Assembly (NCBI GenBank): GCA_023265925.1
Contig: JAHFSD010000001.1
Coordinates: forward strand, 3,309 to 67,308
Origin: an archaeon
Lineage (GTDB): Archaea > Nanobdellota > Nanobdellia > Woesearchaeales > GW2011-AR9
Reading direction: 5' to 3'
DNA length: 64,000 nucleotides
The position numbers were made by a program, and so were the translations under genes. The notes beneath the pieces were generated by a model, which was given only the letters and a program-made list of their open reading frames with translations, was not told the DNA's origin and did no database searches. Every line of letters starts with the position of its first letter. The first letter of the stretch is position 1. This document shows positions 37,369-46,685 of the stretch, piece by piece.

Positions 37369-37692
37369 GAATCGGATGAATGCTCAACCCAGACACAGAA
37401 AGTGGATGCAGTTGCTAATTGCTTAGAACAGTCTCAACTGAAGGATTTATTCGAGAAAGAAGGAAGAAAGCCTGTACCTGACCCCTTTCCACCAGGAGAT
37501 GAAGTTGGTGGCGTTTCCGTGCCAGGCTGTGGACAGCAAGGGCACAAAACCAGCCTTAAAGATGGGGTTACTGACTGCCTGACTGAAGACGTATGCCTAC
37601 AACCTATGGGACTCGTTTCAGGGGGTATGATAAATCCCAAATGCCAGGCGGTGCAAGGTGCAGAAGAAGGACTGCAGTGCCCGTTTAAGTAA
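37369..37692 (+). pseudogene. orphan, start-less copy of the C-terminal ~110-aa module of the 741-aa protein
   Basis: Its translation is ESDECSTQTQKVDAVANCLEQSQLK...PPGDEVGGVSVPGC...PKCQAV..EEGLQCP. The gene end at 35950-36333 reads PDECSAQAQKVNAFADCLDKSQLK...PPGEEVGGTTVPKC...PKICQQV..GKEPPCP. Homology begins 33 nt upstream of the only candidate start (GTG 37402), and an in-frame stop lies at 37330. Confidence 0.6.
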
Positions 37693-37695
37693 ACG

Positions 37696-38646
37696 TTAAA
37701 ATTCCTCTAATTTGTATGATAAGAGCTGGATACGGCAGTGCTGATTAGGGCATAATTCCTCAACAAGTTCCCGATAGAATGGAATTTTTAATTTATTCCA
37801 CAAACAGTGGAAGGCTGGTTCGTACCTCTGATCAGCAATAGCACTTTTAGCTAGTTCTAATTCGCGCCTAAACTCTCCTGATTGTCTCATTAATTCTTTT
37901 GCTCTCTCTTTATTTCCCATAACCCATTCTGCTTTTCCTGCGCTTAAGAGATCACCGCGCTTCAAATAGGAGTCTCTCAGTGCTGGCAGTTCCTCTGCCA
38001 TCGTGTAGGCAATTGCTCCTTCGGTGCTGTACGTCCACTGGGCGAAGAAATCACGAGCACACTGCTTATCGCCTGCAGCCAGGCAGGCCCGGCCAGCATC
38101 ATCAAATGCTTCCACAAGGGCATAATGCTCGGCAATTTCATGGAGGAAATCGTTCCATTTCTGAGTGCCGGAATATTTACAGTTCGCTAGTTTTCTATCA
38201 AGATCAACCAGTTCGTCAATAAGGTCAAACAGTGAATGAATCTCGCTGGTAACTCGAACATCAGCAGCTCGTACCGCTATCTTTCGCCGTGCCAGCACCT
38301 CAGAAAGTTCTCGATGCTTATCTCTAATTTCCTCTTCGTCGCAGTCACTTTTAAGATTATGAAGATCCGGATTAGCATTAAAAAAAACGAGATTATAGTC
38401 GGGAGTATCAAGGAGAAAATTCAAGTGGTTGGTATAATCATCAATAAACTGTTCTTTAACAATGGGATCAGGTCTGTTCTTTTTAGTTGCTGGTGGCGTG
38501 ATGTAATCTTGTCTCCCTGAATTTTCCAAAAGTTGACGTGGAGAAACAACGTGAGCAGTGGAACCTATTGACTTATTCCGAAAATAAAGATAGCCACTTA
38601 ATAATCCTACCAGTCCTAATCCTGCCAGCAGATACTGTTTTTTCAT
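37696..38646 (-). CDS. exported helical-repeat partner protein, paralogue 2
   Basis: It has an N-terminal TM anchor from the ATG at 38646 (MKKQYLLAGLGLVGLLSGYLYF). It is convergent with, and 3 bp from, the orphan module stop. It aligns with 36342-37301 over most of its length. Confidence 0.65.
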   Translation of the reverse strand: MKKQYLLAGLGLVGLLSGYLYFRNKSIGSTAHVVSPRQLLENSGRQDYITPPATKKNRPDPIVKEQFIDDYTNHLNFLLDTPDYNLVFFNANPDLHNLKSDCDEEEIRDKHRELSEVLARRKIAVRAADVRVTSEIHSLFDLIDELVDLDRKLANCKYSGTQKWNDFLHEIAEHYALVEAFDDAGRACLAAGDKQCARDFFAQWTYSTEGAIAYTMAEELPALRDSYLKRGDLLSAGKAEWVMGNKERAKELMRQSGEFRRELELAKSAIADQRYEPAFHCLWNKLKIPFYRELVEELCPNQHCRIQLLSYKLEEF

Positions 38647-38760
38647 GGGGTCCCGTCTCCCTAGCACATACCCTGTCTCTATCGATGGAAGTCTGCTTCT
38701 CTCCAAGGCTTTCTTATATTTATAACTTTGCCCCACCTGCCTCTCTCTTGTGAACTACCA

Positions 38761-38813
38761 CGAGTTTCGCTGCGGCTCAACTCGGGGGGTTCAGCAGGCG
38801 CCGTGTACTAAAA
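38761..38813 (+). repeat. 53-bp direct repeat, copy B (right boundary of the islet)
   Basis: It matches 33956-34008 at 52/53 positions (one A/G difference) in the same orientation. It lies between the thrS stop and the start of 37696-38646. Confidence 0.9.
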
Positions 38814-38872
38814 TTAGCTTTAATTATCCACTGGAAAGATGAGGATTGGCGAGAACATCGACTCTTTTCAGC

Positions 38873-40798
38873 TTACCCCGTAAAACTAATCCTTTTGCTC
38901 AGCAACACGGGAAGAGGCAGCGTATCGTAGGGCATCCCTTTGGTCTTTTTCCTGATCAGATCCACCACTTCATCAAAGCGCATCTTTTCTTCGGTCTTCT
39001 TTTCCCGCTCGCGGACAGCCAATTTCTTAAATTTGTCTTTCAGTTCCGTATCGCCCACCACCAAGATGTAGGGCACCCATTCCATCTCGGCTTCGCGGAT
39101 GCGTTTGCCGACGCTTTCCACCCGGTCATCCACGTCCGCCCGGATCTGTAATTTTGAAAATTCTTCCTGTACACCCTTACAAAATTCTAAATGCCGTTCA
39201 ATGGAGACGGGAATCAAACGCACTTGAGTGGGAGATAGCCAGAGGGGAAAGGTGGGAACTCTGCCTGCTTTTTCATCCATCCCGGCCCGTTCCAGCAAGG
39301 CATAGAGCACCCGTTCTACCGCTCCACTGGGAGAGAGATGCAAAATCAGCGGATGTTTTTTCTTACCCTGCTCATCCACATAGGTTATATCATATCTCTG
39401 CGCGTTTTCGACATCAATCTGATCCGTGGTGAGAGCCGAGGCTTTCTCCTGGGCATCGACAAAATTCCATTCGTATTTCATGCTGTAATAAAAGAACTGT
39501 TTCTCCCACATCTCCAGTAAAGCAGGCTTGCCCCAGTTCTTCACCAGCGTTTTGACAAAATCCTGATTTTTAACCCAAAACTCTTTGGTGACGCGGATTG
39601 CTAACTCCAGACTTTCCGGCAGGGAAAACCCGATGCCTTCCTGAACTTCTTTGGCCAGCTGGAAACGGCGCAGCAGTTCGCTTTTAGCTTGCTGCTCATC
39701 AGCACAAAAGGCGTGGCAATCGGGCATGGTAAAAGCCCGTAAGCGGCGCAATCCGGTCAATTCGCCATGCTGTTCGACCCGGAAACTGTAACGGGTCAGT
39801 TCATACAGCCAGACCGGAAGCTGTTTATAACTCACCTGGGCATCATGCATCTGCAGAAATTGGCCAAAACAGGCCGCAAACCGCAGAAAGACTTTTTTGT
39901 TAGGAGTTTGAATGGCATATTGCCGGGCTGGAAAACGGTTCAGGTAACTTTTTAACGAGGGATGCTCATAATCATACATGATCGGCGATTCCATTTCCAT
40001 CCCGCCAGATTCCTTGACCTTCTGGGTAACCCAGCGCTCAATCAAGCCTTTGATCAACCGCCCTTTGGGGTAGAACCGTAAATTGCCGGGATCAGAACCG
40101 GGCTCATAATCAACTAATTCCAGCTTTTTCATCAATTTGACGTGCAGTGGCTCTTCCTGGGCAACCCGGCTTTTAGCCAATTCATAGGCCGCAAATTTCT
40201 GCAGGTTAACATCTTTTTTAAAATCGTAGCCGGCAAATCGGCGTTTTTCCTTATCATAGGAAATCTCATTGAGTTTTCCGTCCAGATCCAGAATGTGCCA
40301 GTGGGAAATTAATTTTTCTTCGGCCTGAACGGCGGCGCTGACCTCAGTCTCTTTTTTCCTGAGTTCTCTTACTTCTCCCTTCCCGACTGAAAATTCCCGG
40401 CTTAACTCAGATAAGGGATGGCCCTTGCAGGATAACGTAAACGATTTATACCAGCCAAAGGGAGCGCGGGTGACTTTGAAATCCTTGACAAGCAGCTTTT
40501 CTGCATCAATGAGGACCTGCTCGGCTTTCCTGGGGGCAGCTAACGCTGAACTGAGATGAGCATAAGGATACAGCACCAGCACTTTAGCTTTTACCTGCGA
40601 GGCAATATCCTTGATTTCCTGGACGTAACGCCCGGTGATTCCGGGAAGATTCTCTTCATCCCTTTTTTCCACGGCGGTAAAGACTACTAAACACTCTTCG
40701 ACTCTCTTTTTTCCTTCCTTAACTTCTTCTGCTTCCTTAAGCGCCTTTTTCCTGGCTTCAAATTCGATGAAGTCAGCGTGAATGGTCAGGATTTTCAT
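38873..40798 (-). CDS. thrS: threonyl-tRNA synthetase, archaeal type with N-terminal DTD-like editing domain
   Basis: It has the archaeal editing-domain N-terminus (MKILTIHADFIEFE), class II core motifs, and a C-terminal anticodon-binding domain (YILVVGDTELK). Confidence 0.95.
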   Translation of the reverse strand: MKILTIHADFIEFEARKKALKEAEEVKEGKKRVEECLVVFTAVEKRDEENLPGITGRYVQEIKDIASQVKAKVLVLYPYAHLSSALAAPRKAEQVLIDAEKLLVKDFKVTRAPFGWYKSFTLSCKGHPLSELSREFSVGKGEVRELRKKETEVSAAVQAEEKLISHWHILDLDGKLNEISYDKEKRRFAGYDFKKDVNLQKFAAYELAKSRVAQEEPLHVKLMKKLELVDYEPGSDPGNLRFYPKGRLIKGLIERWVTQKVKESGGMEMESPIMYDYEHPSLKSYLNRFPARQYAIQTPNKKVFLRFAACFGQFLQMHDAQVSYKQLPVWLYELTRYSFRVEQHGELTGLRRLRAFTMPDCHAFCADEQQAKSELLRRFQLAKEVQEGIGFSLPESLELAIRVTKEFWVKNQDFVKTLVKNWGKPALLEMWEKQFFYYSMKYEWNFVDAQEKASALTTDQIDVENAQRYDITYVDEQGKKKHPLILHLSPSGAVERVLYALLERAGMDEKAGRVPTFPLWLSPTQVRLIPVSIERHLEFCKGVQEEFSKLQIRADVDDRVESVGKRIREAEMEWVPYILVVGDTELKDKFKKLAVREREKKTEEKMRFDEVVDLIRKKTKGMPYDTLPLPVLLSKRISFTG

Positions 40799-40881
40799 GC
40801 TGAAATAGGAGGAATGGGAAAGGGTTTAAAAAGTAATCGGAAGTTGGTGGGCAATAGTTTCAGGATACTGCCAGAACCAAA

Positions 40882-41172
40882 TTATTCTTCTGCCGTTGGC
40901 TGCCATTGATAGACAACATCGTGATGGCCGTAATACCACAGCTCGATAACGTGGCGTTGATGATCCACCTTGAAAATGAGCACGAACGAGTTATCGATAT
41001 GGACCCGATTAAATCCCGACAACGGAGCTCTCAGGAATTTATAGCCAACAGGAGTTTCCCGAATCTTTTTTACCTTGTTATTGATTATCTGCAACTGTTT
41101 CTGATTCTTCTTGGCCAATTTTGCAAAAATCTTATCGGCCTCGGGCTTAATCTCCAGGTCGTACATCAGCAA
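40882..41172 (-). CDS. RelE/YafQ-family toxin
   Basis: 96 aa matching the RelE-fold family pattern: ..AKKNQKQLQIINNKVKKI...P......L..PL.G..RVHI...FVLIF.VD......I.L..YGHHD. Confidence 0.75.
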   Translation of the reverse strand: MLMYDLEIKPEADKIFAKLAKKNQKQLQIINNKVKKIRETPVGYKFLRAPLSGFNRVHIDNSFVLIFKVDHQRHVIELWYYGHHDVVYQWQPTAEE

Positions 41173-41185
41173 TCATCTCTTTACA

Positions 41186-41425
41186 CTAAAAACTTTTGAA
41201 TCCATACCGCTTCACAAAATCATCTACCCGGATACTTTTCTGCTTGCCGATTTCCTTCATTTTTTGGCAAAATTCCGGCCGCAGTTCGGGTTCCTCTTCC
41301 AGTTCGATATACTCAGCTACCACCAGTTTTATCGCCTCACTTTTATCTTTGAGTGCATACTTCGCTTTTACCACATTAAGTACCCGATTAGTGCTTTCAT
41401 CCAGTTCGACCAGTGCCTGAACCAT
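41186..41425 (-). CDS. cognate antitoxin (archaeal DUF2683-like)
   Basis: The 79-aa gene lies directly upstream of the RelE-like gene. Its N-terminus is VELDESTNRVLNVVKAKYALKDKSEAI. Confidence 0.6.
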   Translation of the reverse strand: MVQALVELDESTNRVLNVVKAKYALKDKSEAIKLVVAEYIELEEEPELRPEFCQKMKEIGKQKSIRVDDFVKRYGFKSF

Positions 41426-41637
41426 AGTATCTCACCTTAGTCCAGATAATCCCGGCTTACTTATAAATCTTTTGCTCAAAAAACGGCTGAAGAACAAGAG
41501 TAGGTCTTCGCCTGCCCCTGGTAATCTTCCACCTGGATCATGCGGATAACGCCCCCTTCTACAGAGCAAGGGCTGATTAAATATCTATTTTCTTCAGCAG
41601 CCAAATGTTTTTATAGGGGTACACGTTCAACGATGGT

Positions 41638-42036
41638 ATGGCTGTACGCTGTAGCTTGGATGATTTTATCCGAAGCAATACCCATGAAGTCCGTGTCAGT
41701 CCCTATTCTAAGTCAGTAAAATTTCCTGGGATTGGCTACCTAGTCCCCCCCGAAGCACTTTACGATTTATCTGTATTACAAGGACGGGGTTTTCAACTGG
41801 AAAAAGATGTACCAAAGGGGACAGACATCAGTAAGGATCCCGGCTTGGCCTACATTCTCGATAAAGAGGGTAAACCAACTGGCTATCGCCTATGCTCTTC
41901 GGGAGGAATTGGTGCCGATGGAAAAGTACATACCAGTTATTTCCTGGAAGACGATATACCGCTGAAAGGAACACGTCAAGAACGATTCCGGCGGCATAAA
42001 CAATATATGAAAAGAATGGATTTAAGAAGAAGATAA
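41638..42036 (+). CDS. hypothetical protein
   Basis: 132 aa with a basic C-terminus. No recognised motif. Confidence 0.45.
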   Translation: MAVRCSLDDFIRSNTHEVRVSPYSKSVKFPGIGYLVPPEALYDLSVLQGRGFQLEKDVPKGTDISKDPGLAYILDKEGKPTGYRLCSSGGIGADGKVHTSYFLEDDIPLKGTRQERFRRHKQYMKRMDLRRR

Positions 42037-42095
42037 ATGGGTAGTGGACAACAATAACCTTTTTTCTTCTGCCTGATCGTTACACTGTTGCTTCC

Positions 42096-43076
42096 TCACA
42101 GCCCCCACACCAGCCAGCCAAAATAAACAAGATAGGTAAGCAGTAACACTATGCCCGCCCAGCGCTCAATCTTCCCATAGCGGGCAGCGAACAATAAAAA
42201 CAGCAGAGAAACAAAGATCATCACCATCCCATCCACGGCAATCATCGCCGGGCTGGCTGCTAATGGTTTAATGACACTGACCACGCCCAGGATAAATAAG
42301 ATGTTGAAGATATTGCTTCCCACAATATTGCCCACGGCCAGGTCCCCTTCTTTTTTCCAGGCAGCGACAGCCGAAGTAAATAATTCCGGCAGGGAAGTGC
42401 CAATGGCCGCGATGGTTAAGCCAATAAAAGCTTCGCTCAACCCGGCAATGCTGGCTAAGCGCACGGCTGCATAGGTAAATAATCTCCCGCCAATAACTAA
42501 TGCAACTAACCCGCCAATGATGTACACACCGTTCTTCCAGGTGGGATTTTTATGCTTAAACGCCTTTTTCATCAATCGCCCGTCTCGTTGCCGGTCTTTC
42601 CGCGCGGAGAAGTAGATGTAACCGAGGAAAATGGCAAAAGCCAGAAGGAAAATCAGCCCATCAATCCTTCCCAGAGAATAGCTGCTTTGCTGAAAAATAT
42701 ACAGGTCGTTCGCCAGAATCAGTAACAGAAAGGCGGAGATGATCATTATGGGAAATTCGTACATTAATGTCTTAGAAGTGATCACCAGCGGCATGATTAA
42801 CGCTGAGATGCCGATGACACCGGCAATGTTGAAAATGTTGCTGCCAATGATGTTGCCGATGGATAAGTCAGTATTGCCAGTCAATCCCGAAAACAGGCTG
42901 ACCATCAGTTCCGGAAGGGACGTACCGAAGGCGACTACTGTTAATCCTATCAACATCGGCCTTACTCTCAGCCAGCGGGCGGTGTCCGAAGCGCCATTGA
43001 CGAGATAATCGGCGCCTTTGACTAAGGCGAACAAGCTGGTTACAATCAGGAAAATGATGAACAGCAGTTCGAGCAT
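42096..43076 (-). CDS. Ca2+/cation antiporter (CaCA family, YrbG-like)
   Basis: It has two alpha-repeat signatures (GTSLPELMVS and GTSLPELFTS) and ~10 TM helices. Confidence 0.9.
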   Translation of the reverse strand: MLELLFIIFLIVTSLFALVKGADYLVNGASDTARWLRVRPMLIGLTVVAFGTSLPELMVSLFSGLTGNTDLSIGNIIGSNIFNIAGVIGISALIMPLVITSKTLMYEFPIMIISAFLLLILANDLYIFQQSSYSLGRIDGLIFLLAFAIFLGYIYFSARKDRQRDGRLMKKAFKHKNPTWKNGVYIIGGLVALVIGGRLFTYAAVRLASIAGLSEAFIGLTIAAIGTSLPELFTSAVAAWKKEGDLAVGNIVGSNIFNILFILGVVSVIKPLAASPAMIAVDGMVMIFVSLLFLLFAARYGKIERWAGIVLLLTYLVYFGWLVWGL

Positions 43077-43172
43077 GGGTTAACCTCTTTTTTAGGGCAG
43101 AACGAAGAGGTATATTTAAATATTCGTGGCTGGTATGAGCAAGCAGTGGGGTATGAAACCCAAAGTAAACAA

Positions 43173-43451
43173 TCAAAAACCAGCAGAATATACTTCCTTG
43201 CGATGATCGAGAGCTTCCAAATAAACCGTATTAGTTCTTTCGTCAACAGAAAAAATAAGTCGAAACTTCCTGGAAAGCCTGGTTGACTTTTTTCCATGCA
43301 ACCGTCCGCCTAATTCTCCACCAATGGCAGTGGGGTCTTCCTGGAGCCGTCGTATCTTTTTATCCAATTCTCTCAACAACTCATGATTATTCTTATACTC
43401 GCGGAGAGCCGGTAAGAACGTGTCTGTCCTTTTTATGTTCCAGGTTACCAT
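43173..43451 (-). CDS. RelE/ParE-family toxin
   Basis: 92 aa with F...L..........L.K.I..L.EDP...G..L.G.L.G..S.R....RLIF.VDE..N.V.L.A..HRKEVY. Confidence 0.75.
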   Translation of the reverse strand: MVTWNIKRTDTFLPALREYKNNHELLRELDKKIRRLQEDPTAIGGELGGRLHGKKSTRLSRKFRLIFSVDERTNTVYLEALDHRKEVYSAGF

Positions 43452-43667
43452 TTATACTTCGCCCAGCAAATCGTTTACAGAATTGATCTCTTTTACTCGC
43501 TGATTTTTAATATCCTCTTCACTTCCCAGTATTTGTCTCATCGTGTCTGGATTACTCAGGATTGAGAAAGTTTCCAACATCATGTCCATGTCCTTCTTTG
43601 TAACCATTTCCTGTTCAATCTTCCTGACTTCCCGATACACTTGTTCCAGTGAGACTGTTTCTGCCAT
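43452..43667 (-). CDS. cognate antitoxin
   Basis: The 71-aa gene abuts the toxin start with no gap. Confidence 0.55.
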   Translation of the reverse strand: MAETVSLEQVYREVRKIEQEMVTKKDMDMMLETFSILSNPDTMRQILGSEEDIKNQRVKEINSVNDLLGEV

Positions 43668-43828
43668 TTTTGATAAAATAACGAGCTACTATTTATACTT
43701 TGCGGCAACAGGGGGCTGTGGGACAGTAAAACTATCTGCCTACCCAAAAGAGATTATTCCCTAGAATTGTGAAGCTGTACACCGTGTCAATCTTCCTGTT
43801 CTTCACTTTTTTACTTCCACCGGAAAAT

Positions 43829-45718
43829 TCATCTCCTTCTAAACTTCCTTTCCAGCTCTACCGCCGTCGTCTTGATGATCGTCGGCCGACCATGCGGACA
43901 GGTGTACGGCAGCTCCGTCTCCGCTAACTGCTGTAAAATAATTTCCATCTGCGGGATGGTCAATTCTTCACCGGCCATCACCGCTGAGCGGCAGGCCATT
44001 CTGGTGATGATCATTTCCTGAAACTCTGAGGCTTTCAGCTTGCCCTCTTTAAGTCCTGAAATAAGATCATAGATCATCTCTTTCGGCTGTACCCGCCCCA
44101 GGAGGGAAGGAATCGTCGTGATTTTCATGGCCGTGCCACCAAACGGCTCTAACCCAAAGCCCAGCTGTTCCAGCACGCCCTGGAACTGCTGCAGCACCAC
44201 CATCTCGGCAGCGGTAAATTCAATGATGTCCGGCTGTAATAAAGCTTGCACGGCCTTCTTCCTGTTCAGCAGTTGCCCCCGGAATTTTTCATATAACACC
44301 CGCTCATGGGCAGCGTGCTGGTCAATGAAGACGACGCCAGCTTCCATTTCCGCAATAAAGAAGGTTTTATGGATCTGCCCCAGAAGTCTGAGGGGCGGAA
44401 TTTTTAATTGCCGGGATGATTCTTCCGATTCTTCCGGCAGGGTAACGTGAGTCTCAATGGAAGCGATCTCGTTCACCTGCTCTTCTTCCTGGAATGCGGG
44501 CGTCACGCTCAGCTGTTCCAGGCTAAAGCCCGCTTCCTTCATTTCAAAAATCAGTTGCGTGCTCGGCTCAAAGGCATAGTGAGCGTGCCCAGGCTTTCCT
44601 GGTTGAGGGATTTTTTTCGTTTTTTCCGTGCCTCCCGCTGTTGCTATCTCTTCCGCTGCTGCGATCTCTTCTTTCATGATCTCTTCGTTCATCAGCGTTT
44701 GCTGCCTTATCTCTACTTCCGGAATCAAATTATTCCTCCTTAGCGTTTCCCGGACAGCACTCTGAACTGCAGCACACACCTTTTCCTTCTGCTCAAATCT
44801 AATCAGCGATTTGGTGGGATGAACGTTCACGTCAATCCGGCGGGGATTGATGTTCAGATGCAGGACAAAGACCGGATGCCGGTTGACGAACAGCAGGGAA
44901 TGATAGGCTTCATAGACGGCCGCGCTAATTTCCTCATTCCTGACCCACCTTTCATTCACGAACAGGGCTTGCTGGCTTTTATCGTTGCGCACCTGGTAAG
45001 GGGGAGCGATAAAGCCCTGGATGCTAAGCAATTCATCCTGATGATGTACTTCCAGCAGATCTTTGGCGATGGCGATTCCATAGATGGAAGCAATATTGCT
45101 GCGCCGGTCAGGCACGGCCGGAGAATTTAACACTTCTTTCCCCTCTTGGATCAGGCGGAACGCGATTGCCGGATGAGCCAACGCATACTGTTGCACGACA
45201 TCAATGATATGCCGCAATTCCACTGCATCGGTCTTCAGGAATTTCTTCCGTGCCGGCGTGTTGAAAAACAGGTTGCGCACTTCCAGCACTGTTCCGGGCT
45301 CGGCAGCGGCATAGCTGGATTGAACAATTTTACCGCCTTCAATGACAATAGTGTATCCTTCCAGTTTATCCTTGGTCTTGGTGGTTATCGACAGCCGGGA
45401 GACGGCCGCGATACTGGCTAACGCTTCACCACGAAAACCCAGCGTGCTTATCGAAAATAAATCTTCTGCATACTTGATTTTGCTGGTGCTGTGGCGGAGG
45501 AAGCAGAGTTTAGCGTCTTCTTCACTCATCCCCAGGCCATTGTCAGAAACTTTGATTAATTCCTTCCCATAATCTTTAATTTCCACCAGAATTTTGGCTG
45601 CTTTGGCATCCAGGGCATTTTCCACTAATTCCTTGATGACGGAAGCGGGCCGTTCAATGACTTCTCCCGCAGCGATTTTGTTGATGAGGTCTTCGCTCAG
45701 AATCGTGATGGTGGGCAT
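43829..45718 (-). CDS. mutL: DNA mismatch repair protein MutL
   Basis: It has GHKL ATPase motifs (AAGEVIERPASVIKELVENALDA, DNGLGM, GFRGEALASI) and a C-terminal dimerisation/endonuclease domain (DQHAAHERVLYE, CPHGRP). Confidence 0.95.
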   Translation of the reverse strand: MPTITILSEDLINKIAAGEVIERPASVIKELVENALDAKAAKILVEIKDYGKELIKVSDNGLGMSEEDAKLCFLRHSTSKIKYAEDLFSISTLGFRGEALASIAAVSRLSITTKTKDKLEGYTIVIEGGKIVQSSYAAAEPGTVLEVRNLFFNTPARKKFLKTDAVELRHIIDVVQQYALAHPAIAFRLIQEGKEVLNSPAVPDRRSNIASIYGIAIAKDLLEVHHQDELLSIQGFIAPPYQVRNDKSQQALFVNERWVRNEEISAAVYEAYHSLLFVNRHPVFVLHLNINPRRIDVNVHPTKSLIRFEQKEKVCAAVQSAVRETLRRNNLIPEVEIRQQTLMNEEIMKEEIAAAEEIATAGGTEKTKKIPQPGKPGHAHYAFEPSTQLIFEMKEAGFSLEQLSVTPAFQEEEQVNEIASIETHVTLPEESEESSRQLKIPPLRLLGQIHKTFFIAEMEAGVVFIDQHAAHERVLYEKFRGQLLNRKKAVQALLQPDIIEFTAAEMVVLQQFQGVLEQLGFGLEPFGGTAMKITTIPSLLGRVQPKEMIYDLISGLKEGKLKASEFQEMIITRMACRSAVMAGEELTIPQMEIILQQLAETELPYTCPHGRPTIIKTTAVELERKFRRR

Positions 45719-45830
45719 GAAACGATCGTCTGTCTAGGAATTTATAAAGAAAGTGGTGCTGGAAAAGCCATTAATTTTCCTTCCTTTGCGCTCATTTTTC
45801 CCGCTCTTCCGCTACTCCTGCCAACAGCCC

Positions 45831-46571
45831 CTATTTCTCTTTCCCCTCTTTTTTCTTGAGGTAAGGGTGGCCTTCTTTTTCGATGAGACCTTTGCGGAGC
45901 GCCAGCAAATCACCGAAGTCAGCAGTGGCATAGCCCAATTTGTCCTCGATTTCATAGCCTGCTTTTTCGAGTTTTGGTTTAAGGTAGGCGGCGATTGCCG
46001 TTTTGTGAAATTTATTAAAGTGGTGGCTAAGATGTTGGTTCTGGAGAAGGGCCAGGGCACCACCGATATGCTTTGTTTTTTGTTCGTACAGGTGCCTCTT
46101 CACGTGACCCACGGTCTTTCTCTTATCTTTGGCGTAATCCACCAGTGCAGTAATACTCTGTAAGTCTTTTATCTTTCCTACGCCAACATGCTCATCATAC
46201 ATTTGAGTAAGGAAATCGTACTGCTCCCCTTCATCCATCTTCATATCGTTCAGGATTTTAGTCAAAGAAGGCTGGGTTTTATCAAAGTATTTCCTAAGCC
46301 CTTGGGCAATTGCTTTCTTGATTTGCTCTTTTTTACCGTGAACTTTGGCCTCATCCCCCTCAAAGGCTTTATCCAGTTCCGATTTAATGGCTCCATACAG
46401 CTCATCCTGCGCCGGGGAAAAGATATTGTTATAAAGATGGTTCTGGTGCTCCTCTTTCATAAAAGCATCACTGGCTTTAAAAGCAGCATCGAGGTCTTTA
46501 CTGTGCCCTTTCTGTAAGTCGGCAAGAACATCATCTATGCTCGTTGGTTTCTTCTCCTTCTTTTTCGCCAT
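45831..46571 (-). CDS. hypothetical Lys-rich protein
   Basis: 246 aa. TATA-like TTTATATA (minus strand, 46595-46602) sits ~25-30 nt upstream of the ATG. No recognised motif. Confidence 0.55.
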   Translation of the reverse strand: MAKKKEKKPTSIDDVLADLQKGHSKDLDAAFKASDAFMKEEHQNHLYNNIFSPAQDELYGAIKSELDKAFEGDEAKVHGKKEQIKKAIAQGLRKYFDKTQPSLTKILNDMKMDEGEQYDFLTQMYDEHVGVGKIKDLQSITALVDYAKDKRKTVGHVKRHLYEQKTKHIGGALALLQNQHLSHHFNKFHKTAIAAYLKPKLEKAGYEIEDKLGYATADFGDLLALRKGLIEKEGHPYLKKKEGKEK

Positions 46572-46685
46572 ATCACCAAGAAGAACCCCTATCCTATATA
46601 AACATTTGGCTTGCCGGTAGGTGCATAGCGAGAGGCAAGAAATTACTGGCTGGCCGGGACATCCTGATTAGTCCGTGATTTCGGT

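Noticed and set aside
43829-45718. MutL without an adjacent MutS as an anomaly
   Set aside because: MutS may simply be encoded outside this window, so this cannot be judged from 64 kb.
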